Assembly (NCBI RefSeq): GCF_018350175.1
Contig: NC_058368.1
Span: forward strand, 39,992,001-40,056,000
Direction of reading: 5' to 3'
Length of the DNA: 64,000 nucleotides
DNA from: Felis catus
Taxonomy: Eukaryota
A model generated the notes under the pieces. It saw nothing but the letters and a program-made list of their open reading frames with translations, was not told the origin of the DNA and searched no databases. Made by a program: the position numbers and the translations under genes. Positions 1 to 13,103 of this stretch are shown here, in pieces (position 1 is the stretch's first letter; the number at the start of each line of letters is the position of its first letter).

Positions 1-44
1 CAGAAGCTTTTACTTTCCCTGTTATTAGTATTATAAATAATCTT

Positions 45-265
45 TTTTTATTTTTTAAAAATATTTAATATTTATTAATTTTTGAGAGTGAGAGAGAGAA
101 AGAGACAGACTGCAAGTTAGGGGAGGGGCAGAGAGAGACGGAGACACAAAATCTGAAGCAGACTCCAGGCTCTGATCTGACAGCACAGAGCCAGACACAG
201 GGTTGGAACCCAAGAACCGTGAGATCATGACCTGAGCTTAACCAACTGAGTGACCCAGGCACCTC
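45..265 (-). mobile_element. CanSINE
   Basis: Poly-T, GA repeat, ...ccaggcacc end; TSD taaataatctt. Confidence 0.93.
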
Positions 266-1174
266 TTAAATAATCTTAAATTGAACAACATTGTAAGGTA
301 GAATGAAATGTTTTTTTCTAAATATTCCTAAGAAATACATTCATACCATACATACAAAAATGTTACTCATAATTAAAGGATATATTGTTTTATATGAAAT
401 TTTAAAAGAAATATATGGATATCACAGCTATTTTAAAAGCCTTTTATAAAGCTTTTTTGCATTAGCATTACTGAATAGCAATTGGGGAAAAAAGTCATGC
501 TATTATAAAAGGAGAATAGGACTTGGATGCAAAATATGGGCTTTCTAAATAGTTGCAAAATATGCTGTTACTTTGAGACAAGGACTTCATGATGCCTCAG
601 TATTCATACATGTAAAATAGAATAGTATCTACTGAGTTATTATTAAGGGACATTAAGATAATATATGTCAAAGATTTTTGTAAACAATATACTGTAGACA
701 TTTTGATTAACGTCCTTGTATTCTCAAAGAAAGTAAAGAAAGAAAGTCAAAAAAGGCTATATTTTCTTACGGTAACAAACAATTGCAAAAATCTAAATGA
801 CTTAAAGCAACAAATGCCTATTTTCCAATTCTATCTTTTGCAATAGGGATTTGTTTATCATGTTCATACGGAGCCCCAAACTGTTGGAGCAGTTACCATA
901 CCAAACGTTTCTGTTGGCTATAGATTGAAATGGAGAATCTTGCATTGGCAAGAAAGTGATCTAGACCAGAACTGACACACATTCATTTCTGCTGTAAACA
1001 TTTATTTGCCAGTACAAGGATCCTGGTAACCACAAATAAGCCAGGAAATACAGACTTACCATGTAAGTGCCTACAAAGAAAGAAATGGAAAACAATTGTC
1101 ACAGGCAATGTGGTTATTACAGAATGTAAATTTTGAAAGCTGTGGAGTAAAATGAATAGTAAGAATCCATTTTA

Positions 1175-1990
1175 CATCCATGAGATTAAAAAAAATTAAG
1201 TCTGACAATTCTGAACATTAGCAAGGGTGTGGAGTAAAGGATATTCTTTTTATTTTTTAAGTTTTATTTTTTTTTTATTTTGAGTGGGTGCACAGCAGAG
1301 GCAGAGAGAAAGAGAGAGACAGAAACCCAAGCAGGCTCTGTACTGTCAGTGCGGAGCCTGATGTGGGGATCAAACCCACAAACTATGAGAACATGACCTG
1401 AGCAGAAATAGTCAGATGCTTAACTGACGGAGCCACCCAGGCACCACAGCAAAGGACATTCTCATACATCAGTGGTGGAGTGTAAACTGATGCATGCCAT
1501 TTGAAGAAAATTTTGAAAAAAAAACCTCAAGAAAGTAAAATCTATGCAAACCCTAAATCTTAATTATTCTCCTGATTCAATTTCACTCCTTAAAAAAAAA
1601 GATTGCCCAAATACATAACTAGTTATTGGGACTTGCTTGTGAGAGCAAAATATTGAAAACAACCTACATGTCTACACATTCATAAACAAAGGATGGATAA
1701 ATCAAAATTATGGTTTACACACACACAAACACACATAATGAGTAAACTAGAATTATGTTGAGCCACTTGAATGAATCCTCACAAAAAACAAATTATCAAA
1801 TTTTAAAAAGGAAATAACAGAATGAAATGCATGATACAGCATAACTTACATAAAATGGTAAAAAGCAAACATAATTATTTACTTTATGACATAAATATCT
1901 CACATATAACTAGATGTTTATTATATTATATTTAGAGTTTGATTGTCTATAATTTAAATGATGGAAGTATTGGTATGCATACTATTTATT
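1175..1990 (+). mobile_element. Old L1 3' end
   Basis: aagtctgacaatt..gcaagggtgtggag, ggtggagtgtaaactg, aaaacaacctacatgtc. Confidence 0.7.
1246..1446 (-). mobile_element. CanSINE within an L1 3' end
   Basis: TSD aaaggatattct / aaaggacattct. Confidence 0.92.
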
Positions 1991-3571
1991 ACTTTACATT
2001 TATTATCATTTATTTTATTAATTTTATATTTAGATGTATATGAATTAACTGTATTTTCAGTTACTTAGATGCCTTTTTACAAATCTAAGTAGAAAATGAG
2101 AAACAATTCTGATAAAAAAACAAACAATGGAGGCAAAATTAGTTATCATCAAGCATTAGAAAGTGGCTGAATGTTAACCTCAATGGGACATTCATCCAAT
2201 TTAAGCTAATACATTTTCACATGTGAAAAGTAAAAACAAGATTTTTTAAATCCTTAAAAGGATTTTTCCCAAAGTTGAAGTGTTTAAGAAAGCAGAAAAC
2301 TGCTTTATGCAATGAAAAATAATAATCACACTTCCTCTCCCCACCCTATCCAAAATCACAGTGTAAATTAGAGACAAAGGTACAGACAAGTCCTTATAAA
2401 TTTCTAGAATAAAAAATTCAGCCATTAAAAAAATCACCATCAGAGCTTATCTTCCAATTCCCTGTTCAACCTTGAGTTAGTGGTATGTTGACTATTGTTT
2501 ACCAAAAGCAGATTATTAAATATTCAGAAATTTTGTAAGGCATGTGTTAATACATAGTTTTATTCAGTCATGAGCAATGTACATCATAGAAACACTATAA
2601 ATACAGGTTTTTATTGCTTTTTAATTTAAATATAGTTTTCATTTCTGGAAGTTTTCATTGTTTACCTGTTCAGACATCGGTTATAATACCTTCAAAATTA
2701 TTTGCATAGCCTTTTAAATCTGTATCAGCATATGGATTTCTTTCCAAATTTAAGTACACTTCCTTTGTCTATTGTAAGTCACTTCAAATAATCTTGGAAG
2801 AATAAAACTAAAGTTAAGGCCTTGCAGTAGAACACTACCACTCTGGTCTAAATTTATTGTTTAATAATGGTTCAATAATCACCTCTACATTATGTAATAC
2901 CCAGGGGGATAAATACTAAACATAACATACCTCAATTAAGGATTTTTATCATGTGCCTTGAGCTCTTTGGAGAGTAAATTCTATTTTTAACATGTGTTTA
3001 GTTTTGAATATTGTATACTTATACACATGTTTACAAATACATCATGTTTCTGAGGGGAGTCCTATGATTTGTCAATCAGTTAAAGTCATACATTTTAAGA
3101 GACAACACAGAAATCAACTGATATATTCATAAGCAAAATTTTAAATAATCTCAGTACAAACTGAAAGTATGATGAATGTTTTCAGTAATAATCTAGGCAA
3201 ATGAACTTAGAAAAATGTAGAAGAAACTGGAGAATTGAAGCAAAAGTTACCATTTTTATTTATTTCCATTTAAAATAGAATATATTCAAATTACAGAAAT
3301 TTAATAGGGAATTTATAAAATCTATTTTGAAATACATATTAAAGAATGGTTATGAGTCCTGATTTTCTGTAGTTGGCATGATAATATGAACACAACCACT
3401 GACAACATAGGTGTTTCTATTATTATATATAAAACATATATTATTAAATATAAAGATATTGTTAGATATAGAAAAAATAATTAGAAAAATACCATGCTTC
3501 TCTGCAGTGTATGTTCTTAATCAATTAGTTTATGTATTCATTGAAGAAAATATAATTCACAGATTAAAATA

Positions 3572-3686
3572 TCTAAATATCTGTGTAATGACAGGTAATT
3601 TGGAGAAAATATTTTTCTCCAATATCTAAGTATTTCTAAATATCTGTGTAATGACAGGTAATTTGGAGAAAATATCATTCTCCAAA
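3572..3686. repeat. 63-bp-period tandem duplication, each unit ending in a 10-bp-stem hairpin
   Basis: tctaaatatctgtgtaatgacaggtaatttggagaaaatat at 3572 and again at 3635. Confidence 0.92.
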
Positions 3687-5396
3687 TGATTTGTGAGTAA
3701 TTAAAACAGAAGAATGGCTATTAGGAACTAGAAAGAGATTGCTAACAGCAAATTCTGCAAAATAAACATAATTTGAAGGCTTACTGGAACATATCAGAGA
3801 AATACTACTGATCTAACATATCTTGGGTTCAACAATGCTGTCTTTAGGAAGACAATCTTGTATCTTGAATATCTATAATGTTCAATCAACAAAAATTCAG
3901 GTTTTCTAAGCAATGTGTTACAGTAGATACCATGTGATAATAAAGTTAAAAGAGATTAATTGTAACACTGTAAAAAGTCATATTCAGAGATCACTGATGA
4001 ACAAATAGCAAGCAGCCAAGAAGATGTCCCATGAAAACTTTTATCTCTCATCTCTCTGATGATGAGTTTGTATAAAATAAATATTAAATCTATTTACTAA
4101 GCACTGACTCAAATCAAATATGATAAAAATGTCAAAGTGGAAAATGTTATCTATCACACTTGGATCCCATAACGCCTTAATTCCTTTCTAACATAATAAA
4201 ACACAAACTATAGAATTACCAAGACATAAAAACCTCAAAATGAAAGAAAGATAACTTCATAGAGATTTTGGGTGGCTATAGGCTTGAAATAAATCAATAG
4301 TGCCTTTGATGATCAATAAAACTAAAATGGGATTTTTTTTCAATGCTGGGGTACAACAAAGATGTAAATCTGAAAAGCAGCCCAGCCTCATATAAATTAT
4401 GAATCTTATCCAGTACTATTGGGTGGCACTGACTAATGATTACCTATATACACAAAAAAAAAAAAAAAAAAAAAAAAGGACAAAAAGAAATCCAAGCTTT
4501 AATAACTGAAATGGCCAAAATTCTTTAATCTATATTAAGGATGTATTTTAGTTTCTGAGTATGATAACTGTGCTAACTCTGGATGTGATGCTATATAGCT
4601 CCAAGGAATCTGTTTAGGTTTGAAACTTTTTACTTAATACTCTTTTCACAGTGAAAGAAAATCTAAGCAACTAACTTCCATTCTCCAAACAACTGGGTTC
4701 CATTACTCCATAATTTTATTTTCAATAAGCAGCCTAGGCAGATGAGGTGTCTTGCTAAAACAATCTATGATAAGAACTCTCTTAGTCATCTGCTTGTTGA
4801 TAAATTCCAAAAAATATTCACAGGAATGTGTGGTCCAGGCCAACATTGTGTCGAGCATCCCCCAAAAGGAAGGTTAGTTACAGATGTTTTAATTATTTCT
4901 TTCCCAATTGCCAATTACGAAAGGCTTCATCTAGACTATATTTGTTATGTAAAAGCAAATATTAAATTTTAGAATTTTAAAAGGCATCAAGAATTTTGAG
5001 CACACCCAAAATAAGCGATTAAGAAAATAAAAAGATGGACAATTGTCGCAGCATGAGAATACCTAACAAATGGTGCATTATGTCTCAAGTGGAAACTAGG
5101 TAATAATCTCTGTTTTATTCGAGAAGAGATTTAAATTTAAATCTGGGGCTTAAGAGTGCAAAGATCAGAGTTCAAATGCATGAACAAAATTTCCAAGAAA
5201 GCATATTTTGGCTCAATGTTAAGTCCATGGCTGCCTTGGGAAGAATGAAGTAAAGAAAGCTTTTTGACAGTCTTTCCAATCTTACTGCTTGCTGCTACTG
5301 AGTTGAGTCAAGACTATTTTTTGGGTTTCAGGTCACTGACTGAGCCACATTGATATGGTAGGGGAGAATCATTAGTTTAAAAAGGTAATGTGAATT

Positions 5397-5607
5397 GGGA
5401 CAACTGGGTGGCTCAGTTGGTTAAACATCCTACTTTGGCTCATGTCATGAACTCACAGTTCCTGGGTTTGAGCCCCTCCTTTGGGCTCTTGTGCTGACAG
5501 CTCAGAGCCTGGAGTCTACTTCAGATTCTGTCTCCCTCTCTCTCTCTGCCCCTCCCCCACTCACACTCTGTCTTTCTCTGTCTCAAAAATAAACATACAC
5601 ACACAGC
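5397..5607 (+). mobile_element. CanSINE
   Basis: Head and CT repeat; TSD aaaaggtaatgt. Confidence 0.92.
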
Positions 5608-5939
5608 AAAAGGTAATGTATATGGAATAATTTTTTTCTCTTTGTTTTCCTTTTAAAATGTGCATGAAGCTGTCAAAATGGGCCAAAGCATTTTGCTACA
5701 TGGAATAAAGCATGATCATCATCTCCCTCTCTTTTTACTGACGTGCTTCCTGTGGAAAATGTGGACTTTGGGTTTGAAACAAATGTCTAGGTAAGAGAAA
5801 AATCACTCTGCTTTTTTGTTTTTGTTTTTGTTTGTTTTGTTTTGGCATTTTCCCTAGGGAAAGTCTACCTCTTTGATTAGCTCAAGTCTAGTATAAAATC
5901 AAATTCTACCATGGGGTCTTTTAGTTTGGGATAGAGACA

Positions 5940-8700
5940 TTTTCCTTCCAGAAATCACCACTCCTCACACATACCCAGAAAAAAAAAAACCCACAAACTC
6001 CATTTTTACAAAACTAGGGGATACTTGCAATCCTGTACTATGGTAAATGTAACTGGAAAGTAGAATAAGAAATCAAAATTGACTTAGGAGAAAACTAGGA
6101 AAACTAAGCTGAATCCCCCCTCGAATCATTGAGAGTCAAGAATTAAAGGTATGTATGAAAGAATACTGGATTAAAGCAACCAGTGTGTAAAAATGAGGAC
6201 CTAATGGAAAGTCAATATGAGAAGCCTGACTGATTACTACATCCCCAAACTAAATCATTACCACAGAAACTGGAAGGAATGTTCTATGAAGATATTGAGC
6301 CAGAGACTGAAGACACAGGGACACAAAATATAGCAAAAAGTCTAGATAAGGAATTAGACTAAATTGGGTAATTAGTAGATATGAATAACCCAAGGTAAGA
6401 CTTACACACCAACACTAACAATGGCAGTTAGACAAGTGCCAATTTCTTAAAAAAAAAAAAAGGTTATGAGTCAAAATGACAATGACCAATTTCAAGTTAC
6501 TAATATATGGCAATGGTATTAGAGTATGGGCATACATCATAGTTGATAGCTACTGTTCTCCCACTGTGGGGGCAATGTAAGGTATGCTTTCTATCTCAGA
6601 TCAAGAACACATGCACAGAATACTTCAGAACAAAGAAGCTCAAGATGGAATCTCAGCTGCGGTTTAACATACCGTGATATTGTCATAGGTCTACTCCTAA
6701 CACATATCCAACCCCAATAGCATAGCCGTCTTCCCATCTCAGCAAGATCAGCTGCACATCACCAATATTACTGTTATCAATAATCACTGTTCAGAAGCTG
6801 GTACAAATTTTCCTGAAACTTGCTTCTGACCCATAATTAATTAAAAAGCAACACTCTCAATCAGTATGTCTTATGTCTTGACCAGGGATCAGAGCCACCA
6901 GGGCACATTTCTTATTTCAGTAACATAGTTCAGCCAATTTTGTGCTTGCTTCATTTAAAGCTCAGAGCACAACTTCCAACTCTTTTTACCCTCCATCACA
7001 ATTCCAGAGTTCTGACAACCAATTTAACATCTCCTTAACAAGGAATTAGGAAATCCTTCCCTGAAGTAGCTGAACTATCTGCATGTACTGAAATTTTGAG
7101 TCCTCAAATAAAAGAAGCTCACTAGCTATCTGATGTGATATAGGGAAGTTCACAATGCACACAAGTGTTCCAATCAGCACTTAAAGGTCTCATTTTTAAA
7201 TGAGCATATTGGCAATATAATTGAGGAACACTGCCTAGATAAAAGAAGAAAAGAAAAACTCAGAATCTCATCCTCAGAGCTAAGGAAATATATCTATGAT
7301 AAAAAGAAGAAATATCAAAGAACATGAGCAGTCTTGGATATCAAAAGTTCGATACATAAAATTAACAGAAATACAGAAATGAAAATGTAGAAGTTAAAGT
7401 TCTAGAAATCTCACAAAGATTGTAATGGAAAGACAAAGAAAAAAAACAACAGACGAAAATAATAAAATAATTAGAGGAACAATCAAGGCAGTTCAATATC
7501 CAGCTAAAGCAAATTCTTTGTGGAGCTTGAGGAAGATTGAGAGGGGAGTAGCAAGGAAATGTTCAAAAACAGAAGAAAACTGATCACAAAAGAGTGACAT
7601 ACATTTTCATATGGCAAGGGTACATCTATTGCTCAGCTCAGTTAATGAAATATATTCATATAAGGGCATGTCAGTATAAAATTTCAGAAAATTAGGAGGA
7701 AAGAAATGAAAACTATAAGAAGCAACAAACCAAAATCATGTCAAATTGAAACATGATTTAATGTATAAATTATATCAAATTTCTGAATACCAGTATTGGA
7801 AGCTAGAATTCAATGGTCCAATCCCTTAATGTTATGAAGCAAAATAAATTTCAGTTTAGAATTTGTTACCCAAATTATTCATCAAATGATAGGGCATAAA
7901 TAATACTTCCAGAAGAACAGTCACACCTGACATTTGTTCTTTCTCAGGATGTCACAGGGGAGTAAAACAGGAAAGAAAATTATGTTTGAGGCAACAGAAC
8001 CAACACAAGAAGAAATATGCATGTGTGGCATAGGGCATGCGGACATGTTGCGGGGGAGGGGGGCGGGGAGGGCGTTTTCTATGATAATAAAAGGAAAACC
8101 TAGACCTACAGCAGTGTAGGAAAAGAATAGCTGCAGAAGGGGTATATCCAATAGGGAAAATGAACTATTCAATTATTTAACAGGTTAAAATATGTGGAAA
8201 ATTATGATAAGTATATTACAAAGCTTTTAGAGGACTGGAAAGATTTTAGTACAAATTCAAAGACAGTAATGCAAACGAAAAATACAATCAGTTATGTGAG
8301 TAAAAGAGAAAGTTGTACAAAAATGGAAATGCTATTAAAGTGCTTTGCTTGTCTCAGGAGAGAACAATATTTTCATAAGCAGAATAAGGAATTTAAACAA
8401 AAATTGTAGGATCATCATGTACAAAGAATAGAGAAGGAAAATGATATGAGTGCTATAATCTTTAATATAACATACATTTAATGATACTATTATATATAAT
8501 TCAAAATTAGTAGTTCTTATATTTGTAGGTTAGGGAGATAAATTATAGAAGGAACAAATACAAAAGTTGAAAGTTACTTATTTTGAAAATGGACTTTAAA
8601 GAAAAGAGAGAATTGTTTTTAATGTTAATTATAAGCCTTTTCAATTTTTATTTTAAAAATATGTGCAATTACACCTAATGAAAATTGCAACTGGAATATT
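5940..8700 (+). mobile_element. HAL1 / ancient L1 5' region with degenerate ORF1, interrupted at ~6420-6965
   Basis: HAL1-like motifs such as ttccaatcagc, atcctcagag, ttagaggaacaatcaagg, tggaagctagaa and agaaagttgtacaaaaatggaaatg. The A-rich strand bias is typical of L1 sense. Confidence 0.7.
6420..6965 (+). pseudogene. Candidate endogenous bornavirus-like L (RdRp) fragment, EBLL; decayed, with stops and frameshifts
   Basis: Manual translation: LIATVLPLWGQCKVCFLSQIKN..EYF from 6543, SPILLLSIITVQK at 6759-6797, then frameshifted WY (6799-6804) and FPE (6809-6817). These are colinear with BoDV-1 L as recalled: [22 protein letters not shown]..DYF ... [19 protein letters not shown]. Both flanks are HAL1-like. 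Confidence 0.62.
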
Positions 8701-9589
8701 TCATTTGATGATTGTTAAACCAACTTCAAATCTTTAAACTGTAATTCTCTAATTTTATTTCTTACCATTAGTATTATTCCAAAAATTCAGTTACATTCTT
8801 TGTAGTGTCTCTCGGTTAGGACTTGAATTTTATATTCTCCACAAATATGTAAATGTGGGCATGGTAATTTGAGAAGAACTTCTAAATTAGACTAGATGAC
8901 AGCTAAACTTCAAATCATGGATGTCTATCCGCATAACTTAAATGACAGAGGGCCAAGAATAAAAAAGTTCTTGAATCTGCTGGCGGAAGAAGAAAACCTG
9001 TTCAAGGCACATTTTGATTTTCAATTTGCGTGTTTAAATTATCTAAAGTGATTGCTTATTGCTTTAAAATGAGTTCACATTCAAGTGGATGGCTTATTTC
9101 TGACTCGTTCTCCTTACCTTATCATGCATTATGAGAAAGATGTTCTTGCTCTACTTCAGGTAGACTTCATTCATTCTCTACCACCGTACTGAACTGGGAC
9201 TCTGAATTATTATTTAAAAAAACCTCTCTTTTAACAAAAGCTGTCACCTTATCTCAGTTCTCATGTCTGGCAATATTTGGCCTTTTGCATTACTTTACCA
9301 CTCTTCAAATGTTATATTCTTGTAACTTTTACAGTTATTTTTCTAATTTTTCCTTTTATCTTTCAATTTTCTCCTCTTTCTTTACTTCCTTACATTTTTC
9401 ATGCATTTATCTTACCATACCTGTTAGTATTTCTCTCCAGAATCTTTCTCTGTAAGATCAAGTCTTTCTAATGGATTTCTCTACTTCTCTTCTGACTTTC
9501 AAATATGTACATCAAAATGTAGTCTTTCTTCAAAGTACAATCTATAATTGCTTATAGAATATCTCCACAGAGATGCCACCTTAATTTGA

Positions 9590-9800
9590 CAACATTTATG
9601 TGTTAGGAAGGCTTTATACATATTAACTCATTTAATTCTCATAAAAATCATATGAGTAAGTAATATTATTATTCTAATTTTACAGATTAAGAAATTGAAG
9701 CTTAAATGATTAAGTAATTTTGCCCAAAGTCACAGACCTAATAGGTAGCATGAGAAGACTGTATCTTTGGAACACATGACCTTAACTATTATATATGATA
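9590..9800 (-). mobile_element. MIR
   Basis: ttaactcatttaattctcata..ttttacagattaagaaattgaagctt..taagtaattttgcccaaagtcacag. Confidence 0.85.
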
Positions 9801-10129
9801 GCTACATATTGAACATATTTAAGCAAAGGAGTTACTCCATGCAGTTGTTTTATCTATTAAGGAAGCAAGTCTCTCAGTCTTGAAATTTTATAATTATATG
9901 GTAATTTGTTCCCTATGAATCATCAGTAACCATATATTTTATGTCTATAAAGTAGTTTTCACATCTCCCATTTTATTCTCACTGCCACCACCAATGTAGT
10001 TTGAAGCCCTCAGAATTTAACAACACATTATAAACTAGTCCTTCTACCAATGACCATCAGTTCCCTTCTTCCGTTCCTTTTCCCTTCTTTCTTTTCTCTT
10101 TTTCTTTTTTTTCTTCCCCAATTGCTTCA

Positions 10130-10515
10130 TGTTGCCTGCGAGGTGAATTCAATGTCTGATTTCAAATTACTTCAGCTGGCTTCAGCCAGTGGGAGGCACT
10201 GACAAAAGGACATGGGACGGCATGCATTTTCTCCCCTTTCTCTACCGTATGTAGAGGCTGCTACATTTCCTTCTGTGTCTCCAGGTTCCTCCAGTAGACC
10301 CAAATTCCACAAAGTCACCATAGGCCCTAAACTCCAAGAATATTGTTGATTCCATTAATTCCAGTTTTGTGGTGACTGGCAGTCAATGCCATTGCTAATC
10401 TCTGGGCTGTCCAACTGTCCCTTTTGTGATTTCTCATATTCTATCTCCTTTTGTTCAATGCCGTAAGTTAAATGTTTTCTATTTAAATACTTGGGAGTAG
10501 TTTTGGGTTTCCATT
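10130..10515 (+). mobile_element. ERVL LTR fragment (LTR33-like)
   Basis: cagccagtgggaggcactg and tgctaatctctggg motifs. Confidence 0.55.
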
Positions 10516-11733
10516 CTTAAAAATAAAAGAAGAACAAAAATCCTTGAAATATTACTTCCCCTACATATGTTTCTTGGTATGTAGCTCGTATTGGTATTTT
10601 ATTTTTCTGAAATTCTTATGGAATTAATTGACAGAACCATTAAATTTAGTACTCACTTCACACTACTGAGTTTGGTTTGGTTTGTTTGCCACGACATACG
10701 TAATGAATGCATCATTGACATGACTGGATTTTTAAATTCTGGGAGATAACTTCATGTTTATTCTATAGCCATCACAATGCTATGAGCATGCAGTCAAGTT
10801 CAGTGAACAGCTTTCCATAAGGAAAACAAAAAAAAATATGGACATTTTACAACCTCTATTTTTTATCATGTAAATTTGGATGTAATAAAACTTTTCTAAG
10901 CCTTGGCCCCTTCAATTCTAATGTAGCAATGGTGATATTAATGTCCCCTAGACCATTTAAGTAGGAAAGCATTGTACATGCAAAGTCACTACTGAGGATG
11001 AGATGATTACATGACTAAGTTCAGTGACAACAGTATGCTTACTCTCCAATGCTGCATAATTCCATAGGATATATAACAATGTCTCCATAGTAATATTTTG
11101 TGCCACAGATTGTTTAAAAATCTGCACATAATAAAGAGCAAAAAGGGGATTCACATTTTAAAAATGCTACAGAGAACACACACAAATATTGAACCTCAGA
11201 TTGACATATTAATTAGTTGTCATTATGTTCTGGTCTGTTGCCATGAGAAAGTGTAGAAACCCTGAAGGATGTGGTCCTTACAATAAAAACAATTAAGGAA
11301 TGGTGGCAAGCAAGAATGGGGGAAACATACAGAGAAACAATCAAAACAAACTGAATTCTAATAAAAGCAGGTCAACTTCTCTCTATTTTTTGGTCCCTTA
11401 GACTTTTTTAACTGATATGGCTTATACTCCAAGGGAGTAAGTCAAATAAATAACAACATAAATATATTAAGTGTATTATATTATATGTATGTTATTTTAA
11501 AGTATTAAATGTGTATTTAATGTATAAATATATTAAATACATGCATATTATATAAGAAAATTATAAGCAATATAGAGGAAAAATCCAGAAAAGGGGAAGA
11601 TTGTTATGAGATGAAGGTTCCATTGATGTTCACAGCACTGAGATAAGGCCTGACAGCACAGAAGTAGGAGGGTAGACTTAGACATAGTGTGAGGAAGGGA
11701 AGGGGTAACTATACAACCAAAGCTATTACTGGA

Positions 11734-11945
11734 GGGGCACCTGGTTGGCTCAGTTGGTTTAAGCATCTGACTTTGGCTCATGATCATGGTCTCAGGTCAT
11801 GGGTTCAAGCCCCACATCAGGCTCTGTGCTGAGAGCTCAGAGCCTGGAGCCTGCTCCAGATTCTGTGTCTCCCTCTCTTTCTGCCCTTCCCCCACTCATG
11901 CTCTCTCTGTCTCCCTCTCAAGAATAAATAAAAATTAAAAACAAA
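11734..11945 (+). mobile_element. CanSINE
   Basis: TSD aaagctatta. Confidence 0.93.
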
Positions 11946-12129
11946 AAGCTATTAGTGTAAAGGACCTCCAAAGGCAACTTGAATCTTCTCACAGATACAA
12001 AAACATGTGCAGAAGCATATACATTCTAAGTTGAAATCTGGCTCCAGTGTCTAAAGAGAACCCACAAAGACTGAATAATATTTGTTTCAGAGACTAAGGT
12101 GTCAGGATGATTTTTCAGCCTACAGTATA

Positions 12130-12750
12130 AACTATAAATATCCTCATACACTGAGTGCTTACTAGGTTTAACTGTTATGACCTTATAAATTAAATGTTTA
12201 GTATGATTCTATGAGGTCTGGGGTTGGTACTCTCATTGCTTCCAGGAAACTGGCCACAGGGATATTAAATAATTTGATCATGGTGAAATAAACAGAAAAT
12301 ATAGAATCTAAGGTTCAAACTCAGGTAGTGTGGTTCTGGAGCTTGCATATACTGCCAGCTTCAGTGTGGCTAACATCATATAGAGTAAAGTGACTCAAAA
12401 GTCCAATTTGTATTTATAAACCTGGCCCCTTTCTCAGAGTGCGAAAATAGCTAAATGTCCAGTAGAGGTCAAAATTGCTCAAACAGTATGTCCAGATGAT
12501 TCACAGAACTCTATATACCTCAGTGTGGTAAGTTACCTTTCTAGGGAAGCATTAGAATAGTGCTTTTAAATATGTGCTCTTATGCAGGCTGACTGGGTTT
12601 AATCACTAATTTGCGCTTCTCAGCTGTATGGCCTTGGGCAACTTCCCTTATGCTCTCTATGTCACTATTAATTAATCTCTATATGGCACCAATAGTACCT
12701 GGAAATTGAGTAAGATATCTGGCATTCAATAACTGTCATTAGTGTTTATT
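12130..12750. mobile_element. Two MIR fragments in opposite orientation (~12130-12360 and ~12550-12750)
   Basis: ggttcaaactcaggtagtgtgg; gactgggttt..agctgtatggccttgggcaa. Confidence 0.65.
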
Positions 12751-12873
12751 AATTGAGATCCAAGATTCAGCCAATGCTGAAATAACACAAGGATAAGAGA
12801 CTAGTCTTATAAACCACCTGCAGAAAACATTAGAATGATTGACATAGATTCCATTTAAAAGCTCCATTTTTAT

Positions 12874-13103
12874 GGGGCGCCTGGGTGGCGCAGTCGGTTA
12901 AGCGTCCGACTTCAGCCAGGTCACGATCTCGAGGTCCGTGAGTTCGAGCCCCGCGTCAGGCTCTGGGCTGATGGCTCCGAGCCTGGAGCCTGTTTCCGAT
13001 TCTGTGTCTCCCTCTCTCTCTGCCCCTCCCCCGTTCATGCTCTGTCTCTCTCTGTCCCAAAAAAAATAAATGTTGAAATAAAAAAATTAAAAAAAAATAA
13101 AAT
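12874..13103 (+). mobile_element. Young felid CanSINE (SINEC_Fc-like)
   Basis: Head ggggcgcctgggtggcgcagtcggttaagcgtccgac, CT-rich body, A tail, TSD aaaagctccattttt, CpGs intact. Confidence 0.97.

Noticed and set aside
6975..7110. Apparent continuation of the bornavirus L match (PSITIPE..KELGNPS vs PPVHLLPG..RELGRWS)
   Set aside because: The same bases match recalled HAL1 sequence (ccagaatgctggcagcca..ggagattggaagattcttctctgg..tactgacat). The peptide similarity may be chance, so I left it out of the EBLL call.
12874..12960. tRNA-like A/B boxes at SINE heads
   Set aside because: They belong to tRNA-derived CanSINEs with CT bodies, A tails and TSDs, so they are not tRNA genes.
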